Positions 37,217-47,402 of a stretch of DNA of 64,000 nt are shown here, piece by piece. The stretch lies in IMG/VR virus record IMGVR_UViG_3300008262_006988, one strand, 5' to 3'. This stretch comes from a virus. Under the pieces are notes generated by a model. That model worked only from the letters and a program-made list of their open reading frames with translations. It had not been told where the DNA came from and did no database searches. The first letter of the stretch is position 1; every line of letters starts with the position of its first letter. The position numbers were made by a program, and so were the translations under genes.

Positions 37217-39072
37217 TAATATTCTTGATTAACGAGTTGAATCGAAGGCGATACTACAGATATTTTATTAATAAATTCTGTAACATTATTTAAATAAGGA
37301 TATTTAAAATATGGCAGCTGCAAATCTTGTGCAGTAATAGTTATATCGTTATAAGGGTAAACGGGGTTATACAATAAAAGACTGACACCGGGAGTTGAAT
37401 ATACTATGTTGTCAATTGTTGTAGCTGTATTTACACCTATTACACCTTCGATAGATAATATCTCGTTTGTAATATCTGTAAGAGATATATATAATCCAAG
37501 GTTATCACGTGTTGTTGAAAAATAGTTAGCAAATACCTTATATACAAGCTCTTGTACTGCTTCTGAACTACGAGATGAAGACGGGTTACGTAGAACTTCA
37601 AGCACTGTAATATCACTTGTCTCGGGTGTTGGTGTTACACCGGCAACCCGTACACCGATATCAACAGCAGTATAAACTGGGTCATTTATTATTATCTCTG
37701 ATGTTGTAAGTTTAATTTGCTGTAAATCATTTAATAATATTTGTTTTTGAGCGCTATTTAAATAATTGTTTCTTGTTGCGATGGAATTTATTTTTTCAAG
37801 TTTAGGTACTGAGTATATATAAACATTGTTCGAGTTACTTGCATCAGCAAATTTAACTTGACTATACAAAACTCTCGATTCGAGATTAGGTTTTGTAACA
37901 CCGAGATCAAAATAATATTTTAAGTGTCCGGAAATATATGCCCAATTATTAACAGCTTTTGTTGACGCTATAATATTACCATAATTTTTTGAAATGTAGT
38001 TTTCAAAATCAGACGATGTAATTAATCGATACTGTGATTTAAAAGTATTAGTAGCGTTGGTTTTAATACTACTCGCTGTCTCGATATCTACAAATCGCGT
38101 TGTGGGATCAGTATTAGTGAATAATAAACTCGCTACCTGACTAGTAGTTATTAGGGAAAGATTGGGTGGTGTGGTATCTGTTTGTATACTGCTAAATCTT
38201 GCGGTATTATATAAAAATAATCTGTTACCATTGATAGTATTAGGACCCGACTCACCTTGTGCACCATCAGATTGTAGATAATAAATAGCAACTTCATCAT
38301 TTGGGCTTAATTGCTTACCAGTAATATTGTTACCGAATTTTATTTCATACCTCAAATTTTCATTGAGTCTTATTTCATAAGTTTTTGCATTTGCTCTCTC
38401 AAGGAAAAGTGACTGTGTTGCTTTCCATTTTTCCCATTTAGGATTTGCAAGTGTATTGTCTTTTACATAGACATCGATATTAAAGTGATCTATATACGGA
38501 GCACTCCCGTCAATACCAACTATAGTCGGTGTTACGACTTCGTATGGTTCTCCAGTTGCATAATATGTAGGGTATTCACGATAAAGGCCTTGATATAAAA
38601 GATTCTCTTCTTGAAACTTTGTAAGTTCTTCTAAACTGTCTGTTGCTTTTGTAAATGTTATATCTTTATTAAAAGAAAATGAAAGCCCATTAATAGTGAA
38701 ATATGCATACCTTGGTATTGTGTATGTACCAGCGGGAAGCGCTGTTGTACCTGACGCTTTAAAAGGTAATATAGCGGTCTGGTAACCTATAGGTGCATAG
38801 TTTAATATTTTAACTATTCTGTTTATATTTTCATATAAATCTGCTGTTGAGAAAGTACTTTCCGCACCTGTTCTGTTAAGATAAAAAAGCAATACATGGT
38901 ACGCATAACCGATAATATCAATTACTGATGATAAATTACTACCTTCAAAATTTTGATCTGTAAAGATCTTATTCGTACTGAGACGCTTGATAATTAAGCT
39001 TTTTAAGCTTAGCGCATCAAATGCTGCATACCCGTCTAGCGGTAGAGTAAATTCTGCAAAGTTGTTGTTCAT
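37216..39072 (-). CDS. Baseplate wedge subunit, T4 gp6-like
   Basis: FTDQNFEGSNLSSVIDI, YEIKFGNNITGK, RLITSSDFE. Confidence 0.85.
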   Translation of the reverse strand: MNNNFAEFTLPLDGYAAFDALSLKSLIIKRLSTNKIFTDQNFEGSNLSSVIDIIGYAYHVLLFYLNRTGAESTFSTADLYENINRIVKILNYAPIGYQTAILPFKASGTTALPAGTYTIPRYAYFTINGLSFSFNKDITFTKATDSLEELTKFQEENLLYQGLYREYPTYYATGEPYEVVTPTIVGIDGSAPYIDHFNIDVYVKDNTLANPKWEKWKATQSLFLERANAKTYEIRLNENLRYEIKFGNNITGKQLSPNDEVAIYYLQSDGAQGESGPNTINGNRLFLYNTARFSSIQTDTTPPNLSLITTSQVASLLFTNTDPTTRFVDIETASSIKTNATNTFKSQYRLITSSDFENYISKNYGNIIASTKAVNNWAYISGHLKYYFDLGVTKPNLESRVLYSQVKFADASNSNNVYIYSVPKLEKINSIATRNNYLNSAQKQILLNDLQQIKLTTSEIIINDPVYTAVDIGVRVAGVTPTPETSDITVLEVLRNPSSSRSSEAVQELVYKVFANYFSTTRDNLGLYISLTDITNEILSIEGVIGVNTATTIDNIVYSTPGVSLLLYNPVYPYNDITITAQDLQLPYFKYPYLNNVTEFINKISVVSPSIQLVNQEY

Positions 39073-39073
39073 A

Positions 39074-39616
39074 TTATGTATTAAAGAAGAAACCGGAATT
39101 ATTTAATGTACCGACGAGTGTAAAGCTATTCTGAGATATGGTGGGTATATTTATAATAAGTGTAATTTGATATTGATTAGAATCTGCATCTGCGGGTATA
39201 AACCTAACGTCGATTGGAGATGTAGGGTCTTTTGCACGTCCTTTTGCAGTAACTGCAACAACTTGTACCTTTTTAACCTCGACTCGCGGTTCAAACGTTG
39301 TTATACCTTCATATATAGCTTGACCTATAAGTTCTGCAGTGTCTTTAGAGCATGGTTCAAATATGTATTGTATTAAATTAATGCCAAAGAAAGGGTTAAG
39401 CAATTTTTGACCTGGTACTGTTGTAAAGAGGTTAAACAGTGAATTTTTTATAGCACCGTAATCATAACTCAGCGTTAAATCTTTAACTTCAGATTGTTTT
39501 AATAACTCGTTGTTTTTCGTATAATTCATCTTAAGATCAAGATAAAGATCACTATACGTAAATGTAGATATAGGTTTTTTGGGTTGCTGTATAGAGTTGA
39601 GCTTAATACTCGCCAT
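39074..39616 (-). CDS. Baseplate wedge/sheath initiator, T4 gp25-like
   Basis: YSDLYLDL, AIKNSLFNLFTTVPGQKLLNPFFG, FEPRV. Confidence 0.9.
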   Translation of the reverse strand: MASIKLNSIQQPKKPISTFTYSDLYLDLKMNYTKNNELLKQSEVKDLTLSYDYGAIKNSLFNLFTTVPGQKLLNPFFGINLIQYIFEPCSKDTAELIGQAIYEGITTFEPRVEVKKVQVVAVTAKGRAKDPTSPIDVRFIPADADSNQYQITLIINIPTISQNSFTLVGTLNNSGFFFNT

Positions 39617-39621
39617 ATAAA

Positions 39622-39629
39622 TATTTATG
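39622..39629 (-). promoter_or_regulatory. Late promoter CATAAATA of the baseplate operon
   Basis: 5 nt before ATG 39616. Confidence 0.65.
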
Positions 39630-39684
39630 ACGTTTTTTATTTTTAAAAAATGTTTCTCCTATACCTAAATAATAAATAATTATA

Positions 39685-40281
39685 ATGAATAAAAAATTCG
39701 TAAAGCTTTATGAGAGCATTCGTACCCGTTATACTAATGGCGGATTTCTCGCCAATGATGTTGTAAAATTTGCTGATGGCGCCTTGCGTGATCCATTTTT
39801 TAAAGAGGTCCAAGATGACTATAAGAAAGAAGTAGAAAGATATATTACATCTGGCGATACTTTACGTATTAAAAATATTAAATCTGCTATGCCAGCAGTA
39901 ATGGGTGCTGGTAATACTGATAATAATGGATATAGCTTTAATGCTGAAGTATGCCGTGAAATTGCACCTGGTAGATTTTCAAATGATGCAATAACTGTAC
40001 CTGTACATCTCTTAGTACGTGTGGATTCATATCCTAATTTGCCTGAAGTACCTGCAAAACACAGATATGAAGATAAATCACATATCGATGCTAAACCTGT
40101 TAAAGATGAGGGTGAAGAGGTTCCGTTCTTCTCTCCTGGTAGAACGCGTACCGCGGATTTAGGTAATGGTAAAGATTCAAAAAGTGAAACTAATCTTTCC
40201 GGTAAAAACGTGAAGATACCAAGTATGCCTGCTAAAGGTGCAAAAGATCCTGCAAGCTATACTGCAGCTTATCTACCTTAA
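39685..40281 (+). CDS. Late protein, putative head-internal protein
   Basis: AATAAATA 6 nt upstream; N-terminus MNKKFVKLYES. Confidence 0.55.
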   Translation: MNKKFVKLYESIRTRYTNGGFLANDVVKFADGALRDPFFKEVQDDYKKEVERYITSGDTLRIKNIKSAMPAVMGAGNTDNNGYSFNAEVCREIAPGRFSNDAITVPVHLLVRVDSYPNLPEVPAKHRYEDKSHIDAKPVKDEGEEVPFFSPGRTRTADLGNGKDSKSETNLSGKNVKIPSMPAKGAKDPASYTAAYLP

Positions 40282-40282
40282 G

Positions 40283-41209
40283 TTAAATCTCAGATAGCTT
40301 TATTAAACAGGAATAACAATTTATCTCCTGATCAATAACAAAACTCGATCTATAGATATACTCTGCAAGGGTGATCAAGTAATTCTTTTTTCTTTCAGCA
40401 TCTTGTTCTCTTGAATCAATAAAATTAAAGAGATCACGCATTAACGCAACATAATCGCTACTAAAAGTATGCTCATTCTCAATAAGAACTCTGCGGATGT
40501 GATTGATATTCTTTTTTTGCACCTCTTTAAAGATTAGTTCAAGCGTCTCATCATTCTTTAAACTATCGAGTTTAAGAACACCTGTAGAAGAATTTTTTTG
40601 TAATTCGTTAATACATTTTCTTAGATCAGGGTAATTGTTTTTTATTAGTTCAACAAGCTTAGGTTTTTGATCATCAGCAACACTAATATTTTCTGATTTA
40701 AGAACTACAACACAACGCTTAAGAACACTCTCGAGTGTTGGTGTAAGGTCGAATGATTGGCATCTGCTCTGAAGAGCAGGAATTACTCTGTACTTGTAGT
40801 TTGCTGTTAGAATAAAGCGTGTTAACTTTGCATATTCTTCCATTGTATTGCGGAGTACTCGTTGTGCATCTATTGTGAGACCATCACACTCGTCGAGTAT
40901 GATAACTTTAGTCTTTCCATCAAAGCTTCTTGTTTGTGCAAAGCTTGTTACCTTAGTACGTATAGTATCAATACCATTCTCATCACTTGCGTTAATGTAT
41001 AGATATTGACACTGTAGAATGTCATTTACGATGATTTTAGCGAGCGATGTCTTGCCTAGACCCGGTGTACCAATAAAGAGAAGATTAGGTATTTCTTTCT
41101 TTGCTTTTACTGAAGTAAAAAACTCCCGTACAGAATCTGTGCATACATAATTATCTAATGTAGCTGGTCGGTATTTTTCACACCATAAAGAATTGAAGTC
41201 ATATGCCAT
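40283..41209 (-). CDS. Clamp loader AAA+ subunit (T4 gp44/RFC-like)
   Basis: WCEKYRP, GTPGLGKT, INASDENGID, ILDECD, LQSRC. Confidence 0.95.
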   Translation of the reverse strand: MAYDFNSLWCEKYRPATLDNYVCTDSVREFFTSVKAKKEIPNLLFIGTPGLGKTSLAKIIVNDILQCQYLYINASDENGIDTIRTKVTSFAQTRSFDGKTKVIILDECDGLTIDAQRVLRNTMEEYAKLTRFILTANYKYRVIPALQSRCQSFDLTPTLESVLKRCVVVLKSENISVADDQKPKLVELIKNNYPDLRKCINELQKNSSTGVLKLDSLKNDETLELIFKEVQKKNINHIRRVLIENEHTFSSDYVALMRDLFNFIDSREQDAERKKNYLITLAEYIYRSSFVIDQEINCYSCLIKLSEI

Positions 41210-41212
41210 ATA

Positions 41213-41677
41213 TTATTTGCCTGATGAACCAAACCCCTTTTCACCTCTATCACTTTCAACTACCTTTCCCCATTCAACAGGCATATGTATATTAAAATAC
41301 AATACGAACTGCGCAATTCTATCACCTTTTTGTACTTTATATTCAACGTCAGTATTATTATACAGCTTAATACCTGCATCACCCCTATATCCGTTGTCGA
41401 TAATACCAGGATGCGCTGAAACACCGTGTTTAAATCCTAGCCCACTTCTCGATTCAACTTTAACCCAATAACCTTCTGGGATAAAAGCAAACTTCAACCC
41501 TACATTAACTACCGCACTGCCTCTTGCTGGTATTACAACTTCCTCTACACTATAAACATCATATCCCGTATCACTCTCGTGATTCTTACTCGGCAGCTTC
41601 GCATCTGGATGTGTCTGCTCGAATTTCATTACCGGTAAGTATTGGACAACTTTATCTTTCGTATCATTATAATTCAT
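41213..41677 (-). CDS. dut: Trimeric dUTPase
   Basis: GYD, RSG, GIIDNGYRG, GDRIAQ, RGEKGFGSSG. Confidence 0.95.
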   Translation of the reverse strand: MNYNDTKDKVVQYLPVMKFEQTHPDAKLPSKNHESDTGYDVYSVEEVVIPARGSAVVNVGLKFAFIPEGYWVKVESRSGLGFKHGVSAHPGIIDNGYRGDAGIKLYNNTDVEYKVQKGDRIAQFVLYFNIHMPVEWGKVVESDRGEKGFGSSGK

Positions 41678-41684
41678 GCACGTT

Positions 41685-41712
41685 ATTATAATTTTGCTGT
41701 ATAAAAAATCAA
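41685..41712 (-). promoter_or_regulatory. Sigma70-type promoter of dUTPase and clamp loader
   Basis: TTGATT-N16-TATAAT, 7 nt before ATG. Confidence 0.7.
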
Positions 41713-41717
41713 CCTGG

Positions 41718-41725
41718 TATAAATA
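41718..41725 (+). promoter_or_regulatory. T4-type late promoter TATAAATA
   Basis: Exact, upstream of ATG 41736. Confidence 0.7.
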
Positions 41726-41735
41726 ATTTTCGCGT

Positions 41736-42206
41736 ATGGAAGACGAACCTAAAGTTACAGTTGAAGATTTACTCGCTCAATTACAGGCTCCTGCTACTTC
41801 AGAGAGACAAATCGAAGAGCCTAGACCACCTTTACGTAAGGAGGATTTAGAAGATTTTGTAATCCAAAAAAGCAGTACCCTTGTTGACGAGACTCTTAAC
41901 ATGATAACAAATGTTCGCGATTATATTACATCAGCACCTGAAAGCAAAGATGTTTCTTCGATGGCTGAATTAATAAATGCTGCATCATCAGCTATCGAGA
42001 CACTAAACAAAATTGTTATTTCAAATAAGAAAAATGAAACGTCTGTAAAAATTAAAGAAATGGATGTTGCAGTAAAGAAGGAATTACAAACTGCTGATGA
42101 AAATCTTAAAATAGCTCTCAAGAGAGAAGATATATTTAAGATGCTCTTTAAGGAAGCAAAGCCTATTGAAGGGCAGGTTGTTGAAAATAAGCAACTCGAA
42201 AATTAA
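41736..42206 (+). CDS. Probable terminase small subunit (gp16-like)
   Basis: Size, late promoter, and two-helix core LVDETLNMI..APESKDVSSMAELINAASSAIETL resembling gp16. Confidence 0.45.
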   Translation: MEDEPKVTVEDLLAQLQAPATSERQIEEPRPPLRKEDLEDFVIQKSSTLVDETLNMITNVRDYITSAPESKDVSSMAELINAASSAIETLNKIVISNKKNETSVKIKEMDVAVKKELQTADENLKIALKREDIFKMLFKEAKPIEGQVVENKQLEN

Positions 42207-45200
42207 CCGCCAGCTGACGGTTTACCTGATTTATCAGCTTTCTTGTATTTTTCACAGCTGAGAAATTGTTTAATAAATTTCTTCCCAATCTCTTCAAGTG
42301 TTTCTTTAAATGATTTGTTGAGTTGTTTGAGTAATTTAACAATATTAAACCGCTCGATAATTCTATTAACAAACCGCTCAACCATTTCACCAATTTTTTC
42401 CTTTACTTCTTTAAAGTCCATTTCTAGCAATGCTTTAACATCAGGGAACGTAATAATTGGTAGCTGGAAGTTACAGATAATAGAATAAAGCTGCTCTTGC
42501 ATTTTAATAAACCCTGTCAAGCTTGTTGGGGGACCAGATGTAGCGACACTAGCAGCAAGGCTTAGCAGATCTTTAATTGAGCCGATATCAACAGAAGGTA
42601 ATATAGGTGGCAGCTGTAAGTCATCAAAAATAAGGCTTGGATCGAGTACATCGATAAGCTCGGAGCTGGTAGGTAAGAGAGGACCGAGAGTCGGATCGCC
42701 TCCTAATAACCCACCGAGTTGGTTAATAGAGCCAGCAGCGCCGTCGTAATAACCGGTTATCGTCTGTGCAATAGGATTTTCAAGGGCACCGTCAATAAAG
42801 CCATCGTAATTTTTTTGTATCAAACCGCTTATGACATCGTTTGATTGATCATTATCGAACATACCACCGATTAAAGTGCTTGCTGCATCCGCTAACCCTT
42901 CTGGTACACCCAGTAATGATAATTGTGCTGCAGCGGTAGCAGGTGATGATGTATCGAGTCTATTAGAAGCTGCTGTTGCTGCTGTTGTTGAGAGACGTTG
43001 TTGTATGGCTTTACTTGGGTTAAAGCCTGTTCTAACGCTCTTTAATAAGTAGTCTACTTTTTGATATACACCTTCAACATTAATAAAGAATGTAAAAATA
43101 TCGGCTGTTTGTCTGTTACTGAACTTACCAGAGCCGAGACCGCTCATAAGAGAAACAACATCCTGAAGTAAAGATGTACCAGTTGCTGCTTGTTGTTGTG
43201 CATTGTTAAACCCTGGTGCTGTAATAGTTCCAGGTGTATTTAACGCTAGTGTTGTGGGTGCAAAGTCATCTGCTTTAGAAGGGGTACTGGTTGCAGGCAG
43301 TTGATAGGATAAATCAGCGCCTGCAGGTAGAAGTATTGCATCGGTATCAGAAGAATTTTCTGAAGAAGCTTCATTCATTAGAGCGTCAATATCTACCACT
43401 TCTTGGTTGCCCCTAAAAGTTGTCGGAGCAACGTCATTACTTGCTGTTGCTCCTGGTGATGGAGCCAATATATTACTTTGAGTATTTGTTGCGCCTGATT
43501 CTGGCCAATCAGGTAGTGGTGGTTCTACTATACTCTCATTTTGTATTGCTGCAGCTTGTGATGCAGCTTGCGTTACCGCTTTTACGTTAGCACCGGCATT
43601 TGAATTAGCTTGATAAGAAGTACCAATACGACCTTGAGTAGAGAGTTGTGATTGTAGTTCTCTGTATTGTTCAACACTAGTGACGCTACCTTCAAGAAAT
43701 TCAAAAGAAGCAGTTGTACCTTTTGGCATATTAAGGAACGGTGTTCCGCTTGAGTTTCTGCCCACTTCAACACCAAGCCCTTGACTTTGCAGTGCACGGT
43801 ATGTATTAGACCCAAACTCTCCCCACGTACGTTGCGAGCTGTTATTACCGACCCACTTACCTCCTGTATCATTACCAACGGCAAGTATTTTGTAACTATT
43901 ACCGTTTGCATCTGTAAATGTAACAATAGCAGGTTGACGTAAACGCGCTACGGGATTTCCATTTGCATCTAACTGTATTTTTTTAAGTGAGGAATCTAGC
44001 GGTATTGTATAACCGAGTATTTCACTATCATTGGGTATACCGGATGCTGTTTGACCGAGATACGTATTTGAAAGTGTGGTATCTTGAGTAGTATTTCCAT
44101 CATTATTAAACGAAAATGATGTTATTTGTCCAGCATCTTGTGCGGTTGCAGTTGTAGAGATATTGCCTTCTGCAGCAGCGTAAATACCTGTTTGACCGGA
44201 TGCTGATACTGTATTGCGCGGTAGCACGACAGAAGATCTGCCAGAAAAGTATTCCTCAATAACTGAACTTTGGGTAAGTTGCTGAATTTTAGCTTGAGCC
44301 TGAGCTAAACTTGCCATTTCATTTATTTCATTAACAATACCTGCGGCTTGCTCTTCTCCTTTTAATAAAATAAAATCTTTATCTGATGCCATTGCTGGTC
44401 TGTTATCACGATAATTAAAGCCTGATTTATTACCTATGTTACTCAGGTAACTAATGTATTGAAAAATCCTTGGATTTGAAATTACACTTACAAGTGCTGA
44501 GATTAATGCACCTATACCGGAATTTAATTTTACAAATGTTGGTAAATCATTAATTAAGTTAACGCCGTGAGCAAGAGTTGCATCAACAGCTAGATTTGCA
44601 GTAACTGTAGTATTACCATATGCTACAGGTATAAGATTACGTCTCATTAGAGCAGTATTAAATTTGCTCAAATTATACATTATGTTTCTTGTAGTAGGGC
44701 TTATTTTATTTTCAGTTGACGCTGAAAATGGAATAGGTACACCGTAACGTTCTTGTGTTATATCAATAAGTGGTAGTGTTGAATCAAGTTGCATGTACTT
44801 GGTGTTAGCCATAACACCTATACTGTCGCTTGTAGCGTCATTAAAATCACTGAGATCTGCAGTACCGGTATTTATGGGTGATACACCAATAATAGAAGAG
44901 CCTGCTTGTACGAGTGGATTATTTGCAAAGTTCTGTAAACTTGTAGCAGCTTCGCTTGCAAATCTTGTAAGTCCTTGCGGTACTATTTTTGATAAAAATC
45001 CTTGTGTAAATAAACTACCTGTGCTGCTATAACGAACTATTTCTCTATACGAATATTTCTTTTTTACAACCCAATATAATATTGAATCATTTGCAAAGCT
45101 AAATGACTTATATTGACTTTCAATATTTGAAAAAAATGAATTAAGTGCCGTTGCAACATTTCCCGCTTTAAACGCATTACGGAAATTTACAGCACTTTTT

Positions 45201-45343
45201 ATTTCCTTCTCACTCGCTAATTTACCAAGACCACTTTTTAATTTTACAGCACCGTTATTTAAATATACAAGTGAACCGGTAACATTAGCATCCGCAATGT
45301 TTTGACTACCTATAATAACATTTTTGTTACCTCTTCTACTCAT
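42203..45343 (-). CDS. Large hub-associated protein, possible 3D/DPBB lytic domain
   Basis: ATGA-coupled to the hub gene; KILAVGNDTGG motif; low-complexity linkers. Confidence 0.4.
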   Translation of the reverse strand: MSRRGNKNVIIGSQNIADANVTGSLVYLNNGAVKLKSGLGKLASEKEIKSAVNFRNAFKAGNVATALNSFFSNIESQYKSFSFANDSILYWVVKKKYSYREIVRYSSTGSLFTQGFLSKIVPQGLTRFASEAATSLQNFANNPLVQAGSSIIGVSPINTGTADLSDFNDATSDSIGVMANTKYMQLDSTLPLIDITQERYGVPIPFSASTENKISPTTRNIMYNLSKFNTALMRRNLIPVAYGNTTVTANLAVDATLAHGVNLINDLPTFVKLNSGIGALISALVSVISNPRIFQYISYLSNIGNKSGFNYRDNRPAMASDKDFILLKGEEQAAGIVNEINEMASLAQAQAKIQQLTQSSVIEEYFSGRSSVVLPRNTVSASGQTGIYAAAEGNISTTATAQDAGQITSFSFNNDGNTTQDTTLSNTYLGQTASGIPNDSEILGYTIPLDSSLKKIQLDANGNPVARLRQPAIVTFTDANGNSYKILAVGNDTGGKWVGNNSSQRTWGEFGSNTYRALQSQGLGVEVGRNSSGTPFLNMPKGTTASFEFLEGSVTSVEQYRELQSQLSTQGRIGTSYQANSNAGANVKAVTQAASQAAAIQNESIVEPPLPDWPESGATNTQSNILAPSPGATASNDVAPTTFRGNQEVVDIDALMNEASSENSSDTDAILLPAGADLSYQLPATSTPSKADDFAPTTLALNTPGTITAPGFNNAQQQAATGTSLLQDVVSLMSGLGSGKFSNRQTADIFTFFINVEGVYQKVDYLLKSVRTGFNPSKAIQQRLSTTAATAASNRLDTSSPATAAAQLSLLGVPEGLADAASTLIGGMFDNDQSNDVISGLIQKNYDGFIDGALENPIAQTITGYYDGAAGSINQLGGLLGGDPTLGPLLPTSSELIDVLDPSLIFDDLQLPPILPSVDIGSIKDLLSLAASVATSGPPTSLTGFIKMQEQLYSIICNFQLPIITFPDVKALLEMDFKEVKEKIGEMVERFVNRIIERFNIVKLLKQLNKSFKETLEEIGKKFIKQFLSCEKYKKADKSGKPSAGG

Positions 45344-46998
45344 ATACTTGTATCACTATTTAATTGATTCTTTAGGTATGTCTTTACACATCTTATATCC
45401 GTATAATATTCACCATTAATAAAATGATGTTCAACGCCTATAATAAAATAAATACCTAATATTTTGTTATCAAATGCACTCGCCTCTAATGCACCGTCTC
45501 TGTTTATACCTATAAAGCGCCCAGCCTGCCTGTGGGTTGAACCCGGTAGTCTAAACGTAACAGTAGCATTAGTAAAAATACTCGCATATAGTGTTTTGTT
45601 TCTACCTGTTGCAAGTCTTTGATCTTTTTCAGCTTCTACTACAGAAAAAACATTTTGTGTATTTTTGCGTTCATTACGAATAAGACCGGGGTTAAAATTT
45701 TGTATATAGCCGCCTTTTAACGGGTCAACATAATTCGATTTATAGACTTTTAATGTCTCTTCTATGTCACCTTTTTGTGAATCAATTTGAAATGTACTAT
45801 TTTCAAAATTATAGCTATGTACAATTTTTGAAGTAAGTTCTTTTTGCGAAAAAACACCTGACATATCGCTAAAATTAAAATTACGTATGGTACCTATTCT
45901 TTCAAAATACAAAGACTTACTCGGCACCACTTCAAGCTTATACAGAAAACCTGCAACAGCTTCGTTATCAATTTGAGTAAACCCGCCAATTTTTACAGTT
46001 TCTAAATAAAGCGGGCCACCAGCATCTGCGCTACGTGAATAGCTATCTTTAAAATAATTCTTTAAGCTTTTAAAAGTAAATACTCTCGGACTTCTTTCAA
46101 TACGTAAGAAGCACTGATCGAAATCACTTTCAGCATTTGATACATGTCTACTTAAAAGATAATTTAATGCATCGAGAGCTTTATATTGCGCGGGTGCTGA
46201 AAAGAAAGCTGATGTCCCACCGGCATCCCAATTAATATCCTGTTCTTCTGTAGGTATATTAGGGGTTGGTGTTGCTGGCAATTGCGGTGGTAAAAAGTCT
46301 ACGTTATATTTGTCGACACCAACTTCTGGATTATTAAACGTCTCTTTTAATAATTCTTTTATAGCTAGACCAGTTTTTATACCTCTACCTGTATTTGTCG
46401 AATTTACAATATTTTTATTTTTTGTATATTGCGCTGTTGTAAAATATGTATTTTGAGTACGCAGCAATTCATAATAAAGATCCCAAAAATATAATTTCTT
46501 ATGCTTTACGTCAGGTGTATCGCCTTCTATGTCTTCGGAATGATATATTGCAAAATCATATAACATTCTAAAATTTTCTTGTGATTGTTTGTTGCCTATG
46601 TTTCCAGGATTTGTAGCGTCAAGACTCGGCATTATATCAACTCGTAAGATATCACGACTATCGCCTTTGAAGATAAATCCGTTCGAAGGTATGCTGCCTC
46701 CTGGCTGTGTACTTGGAGCGTATGACGGGTTGTTAATACTGTTGTAATACTGAGGTGTAGCAGGTGTATTAGCTCCCGTATAGTCACGCTCAATCATATC
46801 AAAAGTATTATCAATTACGATATACCCTTTATGATAAAAATTTTCAAAAGAATCTTCAATAACTAATCTCTTAATAGCAGATGGTTTTACTACCTGCATA
46901 CGTCCTTCTAGATTAACAATAGATACATCGAATCTATAATAGGTATTATTGATTCTATATACCAATGAATCGTTTGTTGGTAAATCAGGGTAATCCAT
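45340..46998 (-). CDS. Baseplate hub protein (gp27-like)
   Basis: LVIEDSF..KGYIVI; FRLPGSTHRQAGRFI..GIYFIIGVEHHF..YYTDIRCVK. Confidence 0.7.
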   Translation of the reverse strand: MDYPDLPTNDSLVYRINNTYYRFDVSIVNLEGRMQVVKPSAIKRLVIEDSFENFYHKGYIVIDNTFDMIERDYTGANTPATPQYYNSINNPSYAPSTQPGGSIPSNGFIFKGDSRDILRVDIMPSLDATNPGNIGNKQSQENFRMLYDFAIYHSEDIEGDTPDVKHKKLYFWDLYYELLRTQNTYFTTAQYTKNKNIVNSTNTGRGIKTGLAIKELLKETFNNPEVGVDKYNVDFLPPQLPATPTPNIPTEEQDINWDAGGTSAFFSAPAQYKALDALNYLLSRHVSNAESDFDQCFLRIERSPRVFTFKSLKNYFKDSYSRSADAGGPLYLETVKIGGFTQIDNEAVAGFLYKLEVVPSKSLYFERIGTIRNFNFSDMSGVFSQKELTSKIVHSYNFENSTFQIDSQKGDIEETLKVYKSNYVDPLKGGYIQNFNPGLIRNERKNTQNVFSVVEAEKDQRLATGRNKTLYASIFTNATVTFRLPGSTHRQAGRFIGINRDGALEASAFDNKILGIYFIIGVEHHFINGEYYTDIRCVKTYLKNQLNSDTSI

Positions 46999-47001
46999 TT
47001 G

Positions 47002-47364
47002 TTATACAAGTTGCGTTTCTATTTCATTAAAAAGCTCAGGTAAATATTGTGGTCTTAAAATTTTTATTGTTGTACCAGATTCAGGGAATAGAAGCGGGTT
47101 ATAGATTTTATTTACTAAGCAGATAAGCCACCATAATTCTATAGTTTTATACGCTCTAAAGCTTATCATTGTCCATGGTTCTTTTTGTTTTGCAGTAATA
47201 TAATAAATTTTTGTTTGATCAATTTGATCAGGTAAATAAAGCGTTTGTAATAAATTGTAAAAATAATGAACGCCGTTATTTTTATAGATACGAAAGATTT
47301 TTTCGTATCTATATCTATTAAGTGCAGGTAAATCCTTTATTTGATTTTGAAATAACCCTATCAT
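47002..47364 (-). CDS. Baseplate wedge protein, T4 gp53-like
   Basis: ISFRAYKTIELWWLICLVNKIYNP; late box at 47371-47376. Confidence 0.8.
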   Translation of the reverse strand: MIGLFQNQIKDLPALNRYRYEKIFRIYKNNGVHYFYNLLQTLYLPDQIDQTKIYYITAKQKEPWTMISFRAYKTIELWWLICLVNKIYNPLLFPESGTTIKILRPQYLPELFNEIETQLV

Positions 47365-47402
47365 TAGAATTATTTAACTAAAAACTATTAAATTGCGCCT
47401 AA

